The notes below the pieces were generated by a model. The model saw nothing but the letters and a program-made list of their open reading frames with translations, searched no databases and had not been told where the DNA came from. A DNA stretch of 64,000 bases from Azolla caroliniana (taxonomy: Eukaryota; Plantae; Polypodiophyta), in NCBI GenBank assembly GCA_043228905.1, contig JBHGNT010000004.1, positions 24,738,001-24,802,000 of the forward strand. The letters are read 5' to 3'. Each line of letters opens with the position of its first letter. The first letter of the stretch is position 1. The position numbers and the translations under genes were made by a program. This document shows positions 63,704-64,000 of the stretch, piece by piece.

Positions 63704-64000
63704 TTAAAAACTTCCTGTAATGATTTCTGAGCTCTTCTCACAGCACTTCGGGAGAGGTTTTATAACCTTCTGAACTTGGTCCACTTCTGTATTACATTTA
63801 CATGGATGACTTCAAAAAACAGAAAAGCTGTTTTTTACATACCTATTATTCTCCTAGAATTTCATATATTACATTGAATCAAAACCATGTGATTGGTTAT
63901 CTCACAAAGTTCACATCGCCTATCAACAAAAACTACACATTTCATTCACATCACCTCCAAGTAGCACAGCATCATTTGCCAGTGCATCTGCTTGGGTATT
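63704..64000 (-). CDS. 3' end (last two exons) of a probable RNase H1-family host gene; 5' part lies outside the window
   Basis: 64000-63955 reads NTQADALANDAVLLG (the RNase H NxxADxLA motif), followed by donor G|GTGATG, a 168-nt intron, acceptor TACAG and a last exon 63786-63704 (E)VDQVQKVIKPLPKCCEKSSEIITGSF*. Phases are compatible. Confidence 0.5.

Overview
Land-plant nuclear DNA, AT-rich and transposon-dense. The decayed PLS-PPR relics and the retroelement types suggest a fern or another seed-free vascular plant (inference only). Two complete host genes lie on the minus strand and were reconstructed exon by exon: a 15-exon RBOH NADPH oxidase (8085..2667, 951 aa) and a 3-exon DUO1-type R2R3-MYB (59562..55765, 588 aa). 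The 3' end of a probable RNase H1 gene sits at the right edge. Between them are L1-type LINE copies, copia remnants, a solo LTR, PPR pseudogenes, a Tnt1/Tork-like copia with three LTR copies, and a nearly intact chromovirus (46990-54000). The most interesting signal is in the chromovirus 1.7-kb leader: five hairpins with a conserved GAGGU-NAAU-ACCUC apex and co-varying lower stems, lying inside a predicted 1.56-kb leader intron whose acceptor is 12 nt upstream of the gag AUG. This resembles a retroviral packaging signal held inside an intron. All alignments, counts and folds were done by eye.
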